Positions 8,092 to 17,188 are shown, counted from the stretch's first letter. The stretch: DNA of 32,000 bases from Candidatus Flavonifractor intestinigallinarum (GCA_019119165.1 DWXO01000087.1:8356-40355); one strand, 5' to 3'. The notes: a model not told the origin generated them from the letters alone. Program-made: numbers and translations.

Positions 8092-9543
8092 TCACTCCTT
8101 GACGTGGGCGATCTTCTTGGCCAGTTCCTTCTTCATGGGCAGGTTGCCCTGGCGGGCGATCATGATGCGCTGAGCCTGGGGAGAGCCGGCGCCATGGAGG
8201 GACTCGGTACGGTAGCCCACGGCGGCGGTGCCCAGGGTCAGGTTCTCAATGAGGCGCAGGATGCGGAAGCGGTTCTCTACCGACACGCCGGGGGCGGCCT
8301 TGAAATACTTTTCCACATAGGGCCCCAGCTTGGGGTCCTTCAAATCGGCCTCGGCGGGGGCGGTGACCACCACGCCGCCGGCAATGTCCTCGGCCAGCCG
8401 GGCAATCTCATAGGGGAAGCGGGTGACGTTCTGCTTGCACACGTTGGCCAGCAGCAGGTCGATGATGTAGTTGCCGCTGGCGGTGGCGTGTCCCTCGGCG
8501 GAGCAAGCAATGCCGCAGCAGTACAGAGTCTCGTTCAGGTGGGTCATCTCAATGAGCTTATCCTTGATGTGGGATGCCTTGGCACAGCCGTTGTAGTCGG
8601 CGGCCACGGCGGCGGCGCCGATGAGCACGTCGCCCACGCCCACCTTGCACCCGCCGTAGCTCTGGCGGTGATAGCCGGCAAACCGCTCCACCAGCATCCC
8701 GGCGAATTCGGTCTCACCGCACATGAAGATGCGGTCGTTGGGCACAAACACGTCGTCAAAGACTACCAGGGCCTCCACGCCGCCAAACTCGGCATTGCCC
8801 ACGTCCAGCTCGCTGCCCTCCAGCTTCCGGGTGTCGCAGCTCTGGCGGCCGATGATCATGAAGATGCCCTCGGCGTCCATGGGTACGGCAAAGGACACAG
8901 CGTAGTCCTTGTCCTCCGGCCCCATGGAGATGGTGGGCATAATGATGATCTCATGGCTGTTCAGCGCGCCGGTCTGGTGGGCCTTGGCGCCCCGGACCAC
9001 AATGCCATCTGGGCGGCGCTCCACCACACGCAGGAACAGATCGGGATCCTCCTGCTCATGAGGAGCCTTGGACCGGTCACCCTTGGGGTCGGTCATGGCA
9101 CCGTCCACCGTCAGGTCGTGCTCCTGGACATAGGCGGCAAACTTCTTGAAATTCTCATGATAGCTGGTACCATACTTCTGGTCAATCTCGTAGGTGGTGG
9201 AATAGACGGCGTTGAAGGCGTCCATACCCACGCACCGCTGGAAGCAGGCGGCGGTCTGCTGACCCAGCAGCCGCTGCATCTTTACCTTCTTCACCAGGTC
9301 CTGGGCAGACTGGTGAATGTGGGTGAAGCGGTTGACCTGCTGGCCGGTCAGGTTGGAGGTGGCGGTCATCAGGTCCTGGTACTCCGGCTTCTGGGCCAGG
9401 TCATAGGTCATGCGCACGCTGTTCAGCGAGGGGCGGAGGATGGGATCGTCCACCGGATTCTCCACCTTCTTGCCAAACATATAGACCTGCATCTTCATAT
9501 TGCGGATGCTCTCAATGTACTGTTCCCCTGTCATCAGTGCCAT
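8092..9543 (-). CDS. abfD: 4-hydroxybutyryl-CoA dehydratase / vinylacetyl-CoA delta-isomerase
   Basis: Collinear along its full length with Clostridium aminobutyricum AbfD as I recall it. Shared blocks include KVKMQRLLGQQTAACFQRCVGMDAFNAV, DGAMTDPKGDRS, FAGYHRQSYGGCKVGVGDV, MTHLNETLYCCGIACSAEG, LLANVCKQNVTRFPYEI and GYRTESLHGAGSPQAQRIMIARQGN. Confidence 0.9.
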   Translation of the reverse strand: MALMTGEQYIESIRNMKMQVYMFGKKVENPVDDPILRPSLNSVRMTYDLAQKPEYQDLMTATSNLTGQQVNRFTHIHQSAQDLVKKVKMQRLLGQQTAACFQRCVGMDAFNAVYSTTYEIDQKYGTSYHENFKKFAAYVQEHDLTVDGAMTDPKGDRSKAPHEQEDPDLFLRVVERRPDGIVVRGAKAHQTGALNSHEIIIMPTISMGPEDKDYAVSFAVPMDAEGIFMIIGRQSCDTRKLEGSELDVGNAEFGGVEALVVFDDVFVPNDRIFMCGETEFAGMLVERFAGYHRQSYGGCKVGVGDVLIGAAAVAADYNGCAKASHIKDKLIEMTHLNETLYCCGIACSAEGHATASGNYIIDLLLANVCKQNVTRFPYEIARLAEDIAGGVVVTAPAEADLKDPKLGPYVEKYFKAAPGVSVENRFRILRLIENLTLGTAAVGYRTESLHGAGSPQAQRIMIARQGNLPMKKELAKKIAHVKE

Positions 9544-9562
9544 GTTGTTCCCTTCCTTTCTC

Positions 9563-10408
9563 TTACTTCAGGCTGAGGATCTCCCGGGCCTCGTCGGGGG
9601 TGGCAACCTTCTTGCCGAACTCCTCGATGACCCGGCGGGCCCGATCCACGAACTGGACGTTGCTCTCAGCCAGCACGCCCTTGGTGTACATCACGTTGTC
9701 CTCCATGCCCACACGGATGTGGCCGCCCAGGGCCACAGCGCCGTACAGCATGGTGAGGGCGGAGTGGCCCACGCCGAAGCAGCTCCAGGTGGAGCCGGGG
9801 CACAGGGACTCCATGGTCTCCTTCATAAAGATCAGGTTCTTCATGGTGCCCGGGATACCGTTGGCGCAGCCCATGCAGAACTGGAAGTGCAGCGGAGCCT
9901 TCAGCACGCCCTTTTTGAGGTAATACTGGGCATTGGCGATCATACCAGGATCAAAGGCCTCGATCTCCGGCTTGATGTGGTTGTCCTCCATGATCTTGCC
10001 CAGCTTCTCCAGGAAGGCGGGGGGATTGAGGAACAGGCCGGTGTGCATCCAGTTCATGGAACCGCAGTCATAGGAGGCCATCTCGGGACGCAGCTCCACA
10101 ATGTGCTCATAGCGGCACTCCTCGTTGGGGAAGGAGGCGGCGCCAGAGGTGGTCATATTCAGAATGATATCGCAGTCGGGATGGTTGCCCCGCAGCAGCT
10201 CCACCGTCTGACGGAATTTGTTTTTGTCCATGGCGCCGTTGCCTTCGTCGTCCCGCATATGGATATGGGCGATGGCGGCTCCCGCCTTCCAGCAGGCGTA
10301 GATGTCCTCCGCAATCTCCGCGGGGGTCATGGGCACGTTGGGGTTGTTCTCTTTCTTGGGCCACGCGCCGGTGGTGGCCACGGTAATAATGGTCTTGTCC
10401 TGGCTCAT
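9563..10408 (-). CDS. BKACE family enzyme (beta-keto acid cleavage enzyme, DUF849 / 3-keto-5-aminohexanoate cleavage enzyme-like)
   Basis: Typical BKACE features: N-terminus IITVATTG...PMTPAEIAEDIYACWKAGAAIAHIHMRDDEG, then NMTTSG and GGHIRVGMEDN. I chose the second ATG (10408) because AGGAGG is too close to the ATG at 10414. Confidence 0.85.
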   Translation of the reverse strand: MSQDKTIITVATTGAWPKKENNPNVPMTPAEIAEDIYACWKAGAAIAHIHMRDDEGNGAMDKNKFRQTVELLRGNHPDCDIILNMTTSGAASFPNEECRYEHIVELRPEMASYDCGSMNWMHTGLFLNPPAFLEKLGKIMEDNHIKPEIEAFDPGMIANAQYYLKKGVLKAPLHFQFCMGCANGIPGTMKNLIFMKETMESLCPGSTWSCFGVGHSALTMLYGAVALGGHIRVGMEDNVMYTKGVLAESNVQFVDRARRVIEEFGKKVATPDEAREILSLK

Positions 10409-10476
10409 TTCCATTCCTCCTTAATTCCTGATGTCCGCCCCCTCTGGGCCGGATCTCATAACAGCAAAATTAAAAA

Positions 10477-10492
10477 GCAAAACTCATGCCAA
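10477..10492 (-). promoter_or_regulatory. Sigma-54 (-24/-12) promoter for the BKACE-abfD-nifU-like operon
   Basis: The minus strand reads TTGGCATGAGTTTTGC. GG and GC are 12 nt apart as in the TGGCAC-N5-TTGC consensus. It lies about 70 nt upstream of the start codon. Confidence 0.8.
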
Positions 10493-10529
10493 TTTATTTT
10501 CACCCTTTTGGGCCGCTTTGCGCCGCCGC

Positions 10530-10589
10530 CATTGCATTTTGGAAACAGACCTCGCTTATTTTTCTATTCCCTGTTGCATACCTGCATCA
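10530..10589. promoter_or_regulatory. Pair of enhancer-like dyads (UAS) between divergent sigma-54 promoters
   Basis: CATTGC-ATTTTG-GAAACA (10530-10547) and TGTTGC-ATACCT-GCATCA (10572-10589). Both are variants of TGTTGC-N6-GCAACA, with centres 42 bp apart. Confidence 0.6.
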
Positions 10590-10637
10590 TCCGCCAATTT
10601 AACCGGGCGGTTTTATACAGAAACCAGCCAAGATTGT

Positions 10638-10653
10638 TGGCATCCGGCTTGCA
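10638..10653 (+). promoter_or_regulatory. Sigma-54 (-24/-12) promoter for the thiolase/alcohol dehydrogenase operon
   Basis: TGGCATCCGGCTTGCA, about 50 nt upstream of the ATG at 10704. Confidence 0.8.
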
Positions 10654-10703
10654 TAGTCTCTCTCCAGAATCCACCTCACCACTTTCAGAGAGGAGACATA
10701 CTT

Positions 10704-11882
10704 ATGAATCATGTTGCCATCGTTGCCGCCTGCCGCACCCCCATCGGGACCATCGGCGGCCAGTTCAAAACCCTCACCGCTCTGGACCTGTCTGTTCCGG
10801 TGATGCAGGCCCTGGTACAGCGCTCCGGCGTAGACCCCGCCCTCATTGATGATGTGATCTGGGGCTGTAACTACCAGCGCACCTATCTGGAGAACAACCT
10901 TGCCCGGGTGGCCGCCGTCAAGGCCGGTCTGCCCGACACCGTGCCCGGCATCACCGTCCACCGCAACTGCACCTCCTCCATGTCCTCCATTCAGCTGGGT
11001 TTCTATCAGATCATGGCGGGAGAGGCCAAGTGCATCATGGCCGGCGGCGCCGACTGCATGAGCGCCGCTCCCTTTATGGTGTTTGACGCCCGCTACGGCA
11101 AGAAATACGGCCACATGGAGCTGCGGGACTCCATGTGGGACTCCCTGACCAACCTGGGGGTGGGCCCCGCCATGGGCATCACCGCTGAGAACGTGGCCGA
11201 CGCCTACAACGTTACCCGGGAGGATATGGATCAGTACGCCCTCCGCTCCCAGCAGCGGGCCGCCGCTGCTATTGATGCGGGCAAGTTCGAGGAGGAGATC
11301 ATCCCCATCACCGTCCACGGCAGAAAGGGCGATACCGTCATTACCACCGACGAGCACGTCCGCCGGGACACCACCCTGGAGAAGCTGGCCAAGCTGAAGC
11401 CCACCTTCAAGGCCGATGGCCGGGTCACCGCCGGCAACTCCTCCGGCATGAACGACGCCTCCTCCGGCGTGCTGCTGATGGAGGAAGAGCTGGCCAAATC
11501 CCTGGGGCTGCCTGTGCTGGCCCGGGTGGTGGCCACCGCCACTACCGGCGTCTCCCCCGACCTGATGGGCATCGGCCCCATCAGCGCCACCCAGAAAACT
11601 CTGGAGAAGGCAGGCCTCACTGTGGCCGACATCGATCTCTTTGAGATCAACGAGGCCTTTGCCGCCCAGTGCGTGGCCTGCCAGCGCACCCTGGGCATTG
11701 ACGAGGACAAGCTGAACGTCAACGGCGGCGGCATCTCCCTGGGCCATCCCGTGGGCGCCACCGGCAGCCGTCTGGTGGTCACCCTGCTCCACGAGCTCAA
11801 GCGCCGGGGCGGCAGATACGGCCTGGCCACCCTGTGCGCCGGCGGCGGCATGGGTACCGCCGTCCTTATTGAGATGGCCTGA
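10704..11882 (+). CDS. Acetyl-CoA C-acetyltransferase (thiolase)
   Basis: Start at 10704 (GAGAGGAGA RBS). The upstream part of the track ORF covers the promoter region. Thiolase blocks: VAACRTPIG, NRNCTSSMSSI (nucleophile Cys), NEAFAAQ, GGGISLGHPVGATG, CAGGGMG. Confidence 0.9.
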   Translation: MNHVAIVAACRTPIGTIGGQFKTLTALDLSVPVMQALVQRSGVDPALIDDVIWGCNYQRTYLENNLARVAAVKAGLPDTVPGITVHRNCTSSMSSIQLGFYQIMAGEAKCIMAGGADCMSAAPFMVFDARYGKKYGHMELRDSMWDSLTNLGVGPAMGITAENVADAYNVTREDMDQYALRSQQRAAAAIDAGKFEEEIIPITVHGRKGDTVITTDEHVRRDTTLEKLAKLKPTFKADGRVTAGNSSGMNDASSGVLLMEEELAKSLGLPVLARVVATATTGVSPDLMGIGPISATQKTLEKAGLTVADIDLFEINEAFAAQCVACQRTLGIDEDKLNVNGGGISLGHPVGATGSRLVVTLLHELKRRGGRYGLATLCAGGGMGTAVLIEMA

Positions 11883-11896
11883 GCTTCGGTACGCCT

Positions 11897-13063
11897 ATGA
11901 AAGACTTTACATTTTCCTTCCCCACCCGGGTCATCTTCGGGCGGGATGCGGAGGGGCGGGCCGGGGAGCTGGCCGCCCCCTTCGGCCCCAATGTCATGGT
12001 TCTCTACGGCAGCGACCGCATCCGCCGCAGCGGCCTGCTGGACCGGCTCACCGCCGATCTGGAGAGCCACGGCCTGACGGTCACTCTGTTCGGAGGTATT
12101 CAGGAAAATCCCCTCCTCTCCAAGGCGGAGGAGGGGCGGCGGCTGGCCCGGGAGAAGAAGATCACCCTCCTGCTGGCCGTGGGCGGCGGCAGCGTCATTG
12201 ACACCGCCAAAGCCGTCAGTCTGGGGGCCAAAAGCACCGCGCCTCTCTGGGACATCTACTCCGGCAAGGGAAAAGCCCAAAAGGCCCTGCCCATCGGGGT
12301 GGTGCTCACCACCGCCGCCACCGCCAGCGAGGCCTACAGCGTATCGGTGCTCTGTCACGATGAGCTCCATTTAAAGGTAGCTCTGGAGGAGCCGCTGACC
12401 CGGCCCCGTTTCGCCCTGATGGACCCGGCCCTCACCTTCTCCCTACCCCCCCGGCAGACCGCCTCCTGCGGGGTGGACATCTTCTCCCACGCCTTTGAGC
12501 GCTACTTCCACAAGGGCCAGCAGGGTACCCTCCGCAGCCAGATGTGCGCCGCCGTGATGCGCACCGTTATCGCCGAACTGCCCAAGGCACTGGCCCATCC
12601 CGACGACTACGACGCCCGCAGTCAGCTCATGTGGGCCGCCACCGTGGCCCACAGCGATATGCTGGGGTTTGAGGGGGATTTCGCCTGTCACGCCATCTCC
12701 CACGTCCTCACCACCGCCCTGGGGCTCCCCCACGGCGTGGCTCTGGGCATTCTCATGACCGCCTGGTGCAAGTATATGCTCACCGATGAGACCCAGGCCA
12801 TTGCCGACTTCTCCACCCTGGTGTGGCAGGTCCCCCCCTGCTCCAGCCAGATCCAGACCGCTCAGAACGGCATCTCCGCCTTCCAGGAGTTTCTCTGCTC
12901 GGCGGGCCTGCCCGTTACCCTGCGGGAGGCCGGTTTCGGCAATGTCTCTCTGGAGGAGCTGGCCGGGCTGGCCCTCCCAGGCGGGGCCGGCACTCTGGGG
13001 GGGAATTTCCGCCCCCTGGATTACAGCGCGGTGCTGAGCTTGTTGCAGCTGGCCCGGGGTTAA
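11897..13063 (+). CDS. Iron-containing (group III) alcohol dehydrogenase, butanol dehydrogenase/YqhD-like
   Basis: F.FPTRVIFG start, the GGGSVIDTAKAV nucleotide loop, and His-rich metal site region (HAISHVL, PHGVALGI). Lies 14 nt after the thiolase gene. Confidence 0.85.
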   Translation: MKDFTFSFPTRVIFGRDAEGRAGELAAPFGPNVMVLYGSDRIRRSGLLDRLTADLESHGLTVTLFGGIQENPLLSKAEEGRRLAREKKITLLLAVGGGSVIDTAKAVSLGAKSTAPLWDIYSGKGKAQKALPIGVVLTTAATASEAYSVSVLCHDELHLKVALEEPLTRPRFALMDPALTFSLPPRQTASCGVDIFSHAFERYFHKGQQGTLRSQMCAAVMRTVIAELPKALAHPDDYDARSQLMWAATVAHSDMLGFEGDFACHAISHVLTTALGLPHGVALGILMTAWCKYMLTDETQAIADFSTLVWQVPPCSSQIQTAQNGISAFQEFLCSAGLPVTLREAGFGNVSLEELAGLALPGGAGTLGGNFRPLDYSAVLSLLQLARG

Positions 13064-13065
13064 GC

Positions 13066-13103
13066 TGTTGCAATTCGGAAATACCCATTGCCGCTGTGCA
13101 ACA
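13066..13103. promoter_or_regulatory. Pair of enhancer-like dyads upstream of the MFS gene
   Basis: TGTTGC-AATTCG-GAAATA (13066-13083) and CATTGC-CGCTGT-GCAACA (13086-13103). Centres 20 bp apart, about 70 bp upstream of the -24 element. Confidence 0.55.
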
Positions 13104-13163
13104 GGTAAGTACCTTTCCTCCCGCTCAGCGGGCAATTTTAACCCCATTTCCCTGTTTTTGTGT

Positions 13164-13179
13164 TGGCATCAGGATTGCT
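13164..13179 (+). promoter_or_regulatory. Sigma-54 (-24/-12) promoter for the MFS transporter
   Basis: TGGCATCAGGATTGCT. Confidence 0.8.
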
Positions 13180-13299
13180 TTTATTCTGTTTCGCTAAATC
13201 AAGTGCGGAGAGAGGAGGCACGTCTTGCAGCCGGAGCAAACCCGGCACAGCGCAGCCAACATCCACATCCTACAGCGCAAATGAGGAGTGAGTAAAACT

Positions 13300-14598
13300 A
13301 TGAGTAAAAAGAACCCCCAGATCGCCAGTGAAAACATGAAGATGAATTTCTCCAAAGGTTGGGGCATCATTCTCTACCAGGCTCTGATGTTCTTCTTCCT
13401 GATCGGTTTCTCCATCGACGGTCTGAACATCGTGGCTCCGGCCTTCTCCGAGGCCACCGGCGTAGACTACCCCAGCGTACTGAGTATGGCTACCGTGGCC
13501 GGCATGATCGGCGTGGTGGTTTACATCTTCATTGCCCGTATCAACGTGAAGGTGGGCGCCCGGCTGCTGTCCGGTGTGTGCCTCATCGGCGCCGGCGCCT
13601 CCTACATCTTCCTGGGCAACAGCAAGACTCTGGTGACCTACTGCATCGCCCTGACTCTGGTCACCTGCTTCATCAACGGCGCCGCCTATATCGCCGGCAA
13701 CACCCTGATCGCCCAGTGGTTCCCCAAGAAGAAGGGCCTGGCCAACGGCTTCACCACCATGGGCCACAACTGCGGCTCCGCCTTCTATGTGCCTCTGATC
13801 TCCTTCGCCATCGGCACCTTCGGCTTTGCCAGCGGCATGAGCTATGTGGCCATCGGCGCCATCGTGCTGGGCATCATCGGCCTACTTTTCGTCCGCAACA
13901 CCCCCCAGGAGTGCGGAATGTACCCCGACAACGTTACCAAGGAAGTGTATGAGCGGGAGTATTTCCAGGGCAACAGCGAGGACAACGGCGGCTGGACCGC
14001 GGGCAAGCTGCTCAAGACCCGTGAGCTGTGGCTGTGCGCCCTCATCATCGGCATCAACCAGCTGGTCACCACCGGCGTCATGAGCCAGCTGGTGGTCCGC
14101 AACACCAGCCTGGGCTTCTCCCAGGAGTCTGCCGTGGGCCTGATGACCGTGTGCGCCATCATCGGTGTGTGCGGCTCCTACCTCTTCGGCGCCATTGACC
14201 AGAAGTTCGGCGTCAAGAAGGCCATCATTCTCTTCCTCATCTGGTACTGCATCGCTCTGGCCGTCAACTGCACCGACACCACCATCGGCGTGTATGTGTC
14301 CGTGGCCATGATCGGCATCGCCGTGGGCGCCGCCGCCAACTTTATCGTGTCCCTGCCCGCTTCCGTGTTCGGCCGTCACGGCTTCACCATGGTGAACTCC
14401 GTGTTCTTCCCCCTGATGCAGATCGTGCTGATGACCAACTACCTGGTCAACGCCTTCGCGCTGAAGATCACCGGCAGCCTGCGGGGCGCCTACATCTTCT
14501 ACATCGGCCTGCTGGTGGTCAACATAATCCTCACCGCCGTGATCAACCCCACCAAGTACAACAAGGACGTGGCTACCGAGCAGGAGCTGCTGAAGTAA
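13300..14598 (+). CDS. MFS transporter (12-TM, oxalate/formate-antiporter-like subfamily guess)
   Basis: ATG at 13300 lies 12 nt after AGGAG; the GTG at 13288 abuts the RBS. The protein is hydrophobic throughout with two six-helix halves separated by a charged loop (PDNVTKEVYEREYFQGNSEDNGG). Confidence 0.85.
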   Translation: MSKKNPQIASENMKMNFSKGWGIILYQALMFFFLIGFSIDGLNIVAPAFSEATGVDYPSVLSMATVAGMIGVVVYIFIARINVKVGARLLSGVCLIGAGASYIFLGNSKTLVTYCIALTLVTCFINGAAYIAGNTLIAQWFPKKKGLANGFTTMGHNCGSAFYVPLISFAIGTFGFASGMSYVAIGAIVLGIIGLLFVRNTPQECGMYPDNVTKEVYEREYFQGNSEDNGGWTAGKLLKTRELWLCALIIGINQLVTTGVMSQLVVRNTSLGFSQESAVGLMTVCAIIGVCGSYLFGAIDQKFGVKKAIILFLIWYCIALAVNCTDTTIGVYVSVAMIGIAVGAAANFIVSLPASVFGRHGFTMVNSVFFPLMQIVLMTNYLVNAFALKITGSLRGAYIFYIGLLVVNIILTAVINPTKYNKDVATEQELLK

Positions 14599-14637
14599 GC
14601 TGATTCCATTCCCTTTCTATTCCATTTATATCCCTCT

Positions 14638-14681
14638 AAGCAGCAAGGCCCGCCGGAAGATTCCGGCGGGCCTTGCTGCTT
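14638..14681. terminator. Bidirectional terminator hairpin between the MFS gene and the activator gene
   Basis: AAGCAGCAAGGCCCGCCGGAAGATTCCGGCGGGCCTTGCTGCTT, a long perfect stem followed by ATTTG. Confidence 0.8.
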
Positions 14682-14688
14682 ATTTGAA

Positions 14689-16260
14689 TCAGCTTCTGCG
14701 GTTTTCATAGTCGATCTCGTACTGTTTGATCTTGCGGCAGATGGTGGAGGCGTTGATATTCAGCTTGCGGCTGGCGTCCCGCAGGTTAGAGGAGCCTTTC
14801 AGCACTTGCTCCAGGAGGCGCTTTTCAAAGTCCGCCACCGCTGTATTGAAGTCCACACCCTCGGCGGGCAGCTCAGGGGCGGGCTCCGGCCGGGGCGGCT
14901 CCGCCTTGGGAGCGGCGGGCTGGGGCTCGGGGATCTCCTCCGGCACGTTCAGCAGGCCGCGGAGCACGTCGTCCTCAATCCGGCCAATGCCGGAGCTGCA
15001 CAGGATCAGATACTCCATCACGTTTTCCAGTTCCCGGATGTTGCCCGGCCAGGAATAGCGCTTCATATAGTCGATCTGCCACTGAGTCAGGCTGAAGGTG
15101 CGGTCGTACTTCTTGGTAAAGCGGTCAATGAAGTACTCACACAGGTCCTCAAAGTCCTCGGTGCGCTGCCGCAGGGCGGGCACCGCAATGGGGATCACAT
15201 TGAGCCGGTAGTAGAGGTCCTGCCGGAAGGTGCCCTCCGACACCTTTTTCTTCAAATCCGCGTTGGTCAGGGCCAGAAAACGGATGTCCAGCTTGATGGG
15301 CCGGGTGCCGCCGATGCGGGTAATCTCCTGGGACTGGATGGCCCGCAGCAGCTTCACCTGCAGATCCATGGGCATATCCCCGATCTCATCCAGCATCAGG
15401 GTGCCGTGGTTGGCGTACTCAAAGAGGCCCACCTTGCCCTTGGCGTTGGCGCCGGTAAAGGCCCCCTTCTCATAGCCGAACAGCTCGGACTCCAGCAGGT
15501 GGCCCGGGATGGAGGCGCAGTTGATCTTCACATAGGGCTTGTCCCGGCGCAGACTGCGGCGGTAGATCTCGTCGGCCACCACCTCCTTGCCCACTCCCGA
15601 CTCGCCGGTGATGAGCACCGAGGCGTCGGTGGGCGCGATCCGGTCCAGCAGGGTATCGATCTGTTTCAGAGAGCCGTATTTTCCCACCATGCTGCCCGAC
15701 AGATGCTTGTCCGAATCCTTGCTGATGGTTCTGGGATGGATGGCGTTGACCTCCTTGACAAAGGCCTCGAAATCCTCCTGCAGGGAACTGAGGCTCATAA
15801 TGGGCCGGCTACAGGCCACCACCTGCCGCAGGCTGCCGTCCGGCTTGAAGATGGGGGTTCCCATCACATAGCCCACCAGGGGCTCCCCAGTTTTATAGGT
15901 GGTGGACAGGCGGAAGGCGCTCTTTTTGTTCTCCAGCACACTGGTCACCGCCCCGCCGGTAAAAAGCTTGTCCTCCCCGATCAGGGTGTGGATATCCCGG
16001 TTCAGGACCTCCTCCTCGGTGATCCCCGTATTGCGGGTATAGGCAGGATTGACATAGAGGACGGTCCCATCGGCATCCGTGATCATGATGCTGTCGTCCA
16101 GCCCGTCCACTACCTCTTTAAAGTCAATGCCCCGGTCATGGAAGGCCTGCAGGCGGTGATCGATCTCCTCCAGCTTGGCCACCAGCTCCGGGCGGTCACT
16201 CTCATCCATCACAAGCCGCAGCAGCTTTCTTACTTCTCTTATGGCGGAATATTGGTTCAT
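14689..16260 (-). CDS. Sigma-54-dependent transcriptional activator (PAS sensor - AAA+ - Fis-type HTH)
   Basis: Start at 16260 (GAGGAGGAG RBS). Domains in order: PAS-like (IMITDADGTVLYVNPAYTRNTGI), Walker A GESGVGKE, the sigma-54 contact loop GAFTGA, Walker B LDEIGDM, a Pro-rich linker, and C-terminal HTH (LRDASRKLNINASTICRKIKQYEI). Confidence 0.9.
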   Translation of the reverse strand: MNQYSAIREVRKLLRLVMDESDRPELVAKLEEIDHRLQAFHDRGIDFKEVVDGLDDSIMITDADGTVLYVNPAYTRNTGITEEEVLNRDIHTLIGEDKLFTGGAVTSVLENKKSAFRLSTTYKTGEPLVGYVMGTPIFKPDGSLRQVVACSRPIMSLSSLQEDFEAFVKEVNAIHPRTISKDSDKHLSGSMVGKYGSLKQIDTLLDRIAPTDASVLITGESGVGKEVVADEIYRRSLRRDKPYVKINCASIPGHLLESELFGYEKGAFTGANAKGKVGLFEYANHGTLMLDEIGDMPMDLQVKLLRAIQSQEITRIGGTRPIKLDIRFLALTNADLKKKVSEGTFRQDLYYRLNVIPIAVPALRQRTEDFEDLCEYFIDRFTKKYDRTFSLTQWQIDYMKRYSWPGNIRELENVMEYLILCSSGIGRIEDDVLRGLLNVPEEIPEPQPAAPKAEPPRPEPAPELPAEGVDFNTAVADFEKRLLEQVLKGSSNLRDASRKLNINASTICRKIKQYEIDYENRRS

Positions 16261-16321
16261 CGCGCTCCTCCTCACCGTTTCTGTCGGGCATTGTACCGGC
16301 ACGCAAGTGCCGCAAAGGGAT

Positions 16322-17188
16322 TTAAAAGGTCAGCTCCTTGATCTGGGCAATGCCCTCCCGCTGGACGCCCCTGGCATAGGGATACTCCGGATAGCCGAAC
16401 CCCAGAATCAAGCTGTAATACCGGTCTTTAGGAATTTGCAGCAGCTGTTCCACCTCCGGCATATGGGACAGAGCCCCCACCGGGTAGGACATAATGATGG
16501 ACCCCAGCCCGTGGGAGGCGCAGATCAGGTCAAACCAGGCCGCGGCCAGCACCGGGTCGGTCTGCCACTGACCTCTGCCCCGCTGGGAGTGGATCACCAG
16601 AATGTGGGGCGCGTTGACGAAGAACATATCGCCCGGGTTGCGGCCAGGCTCCCACTCCAGCTGCTTCTCCCAATCGCTTTTGGTGAAGGAACCGGGGTAG
16701 ATCCCCTGCTCCGCCAGCCGGAAGGCCTCCTCCCGCACCAGCTTGCGCAGCTTGTCCATCTCCGCCTTCCGGTACACCACGTTGAAGCCCAGAGTCTGCA
16801 AGTTGCTGCCGGTAGGCACGTTCTCCAGCAGCCGGAGCATCTGGTCGATCTCCTCCCGGGGCACCTCCCGGTCCTGATAGCGGCGGCAGGCCCGCCGGTT
16901 GCGCATCAGGGCCTCCAGCTGGCGGGCGTTGGCCCCCTCCTCGGGCAGCAGGGAGTCCTTGGGGTCCTTGTCAAAGATGGAAATGGCGCCGGTGGGGCAC
17001 ACCGCCAGACAGTGCTGGCAGCGATAGCAGCCGTCCCAGCCTGCCACGCCGTCGGCCTCCTCCTTCATTCTGGGGACTCCCTGCCCGTCAAAGTACAGGA
17101 TCACCGAAGAACAGGATGCAACGCACCTGCCGCAGTGGATACATTGATCCGGGTTTGCCTTGAAATGAAAGCTCTTCACCAGCTCCAC
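16322..17188 (-). CDS. 4Fe-4S dicluster ferredoxin domain fused to a nitroreductase-family flavoprotein
   Basis: N-terminal CIHCGRCVASC and CYRCQHCLAVCP motifs. The rest is nitroreductase-like (RRACRRYQDREVP...NVPTGSNLQ...). GTG start at 17188 or GTG at 17179; the exact start is uncertain. Confidence 0.8.
   Translation of the reverse strand: MELVKSFHFKANPDQCIHCGRCVASCSSVILYFDGQGVPRMKEEADGVAGWDGCYRCQHCLAVCPTGAISIFDKDPKDSLLPEEGANARQLEALMRNRRACRRYQDREVPREEIDQMLRLLENVPTGSNLQTLGFNVVYRKAEMDKLRKLVREEAFRLAEQGIYPGSFTKSDWEKQLEWEPGRNPGDMFFVNAPHILVIHSQRGRGQWQTDPVLAAAWFDLICASHGLGSIIMSYPVGALSHMPEVEQLLQIPKDRYYSLILGFGYPEYPYARGVQREGIAQIKELTF

Noticed and set aside
7276-9576. 766-aa plus-strand ORF, the longest in this region
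   Set aside because: It lies antisense to the NifU-like and abfD genes. Its translation is low-complexity (Gly/Ala/Val/His/Leu/Pro-rich) with no motifs, as expected for the reverse frame of GC3-rich genes. The minus-strand products have clear family signatures.
9563-10408. Interpreting the BKACE as Kce of the lysine fermentation pathway
   Set aside because: None of the companion genes I would expect (lysine aminomutases, 3,5-diaminohexanoate dehydrogenase, 3-aminobutyryl-CoA ammonia-lyase) is present in the window. The context (hydroxy-acid dehydrogenase, cyclase, AbfD) points elsewhere. This is not excluded without phylogeny.
10431-10703. N-terminal 91-codon extension of the thiolase ORF in the track
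   Set aside because: The extension covers both sigma-54 promoters and the enhancer dyads. The thiolase homology starts at MNHVAIVAACRTPIG (ATG 10704), which has a good RBS.
9500-10849. 449-aa plus-strand ORF spanning the BKACE gene and the divergent promoter region
   Set aside because: It is antisense to a well-supported BKACE gene and runs through sigma-54 promoters and dyads. It has no RBS or recognisable domain.
10599-12370. Two long minus-strand ORFs (10599-11792 and 11231-12370)
   Set aside because: They are antisense shadows of the thiolase and alcohol dehydrogenase genes, with Gly/Ala/His/Pro-rich nonsense composition.
16261-16321. Independent sigma-70 promoter or terminator between the nitroreductase and activator genes
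   Set aside because: There is only a 6-bp hairpin without a T tract, and a TACAAT with a poor -35 at non-optimal spacing. This is too weak to call either feature, so it is noted only as a possibility.
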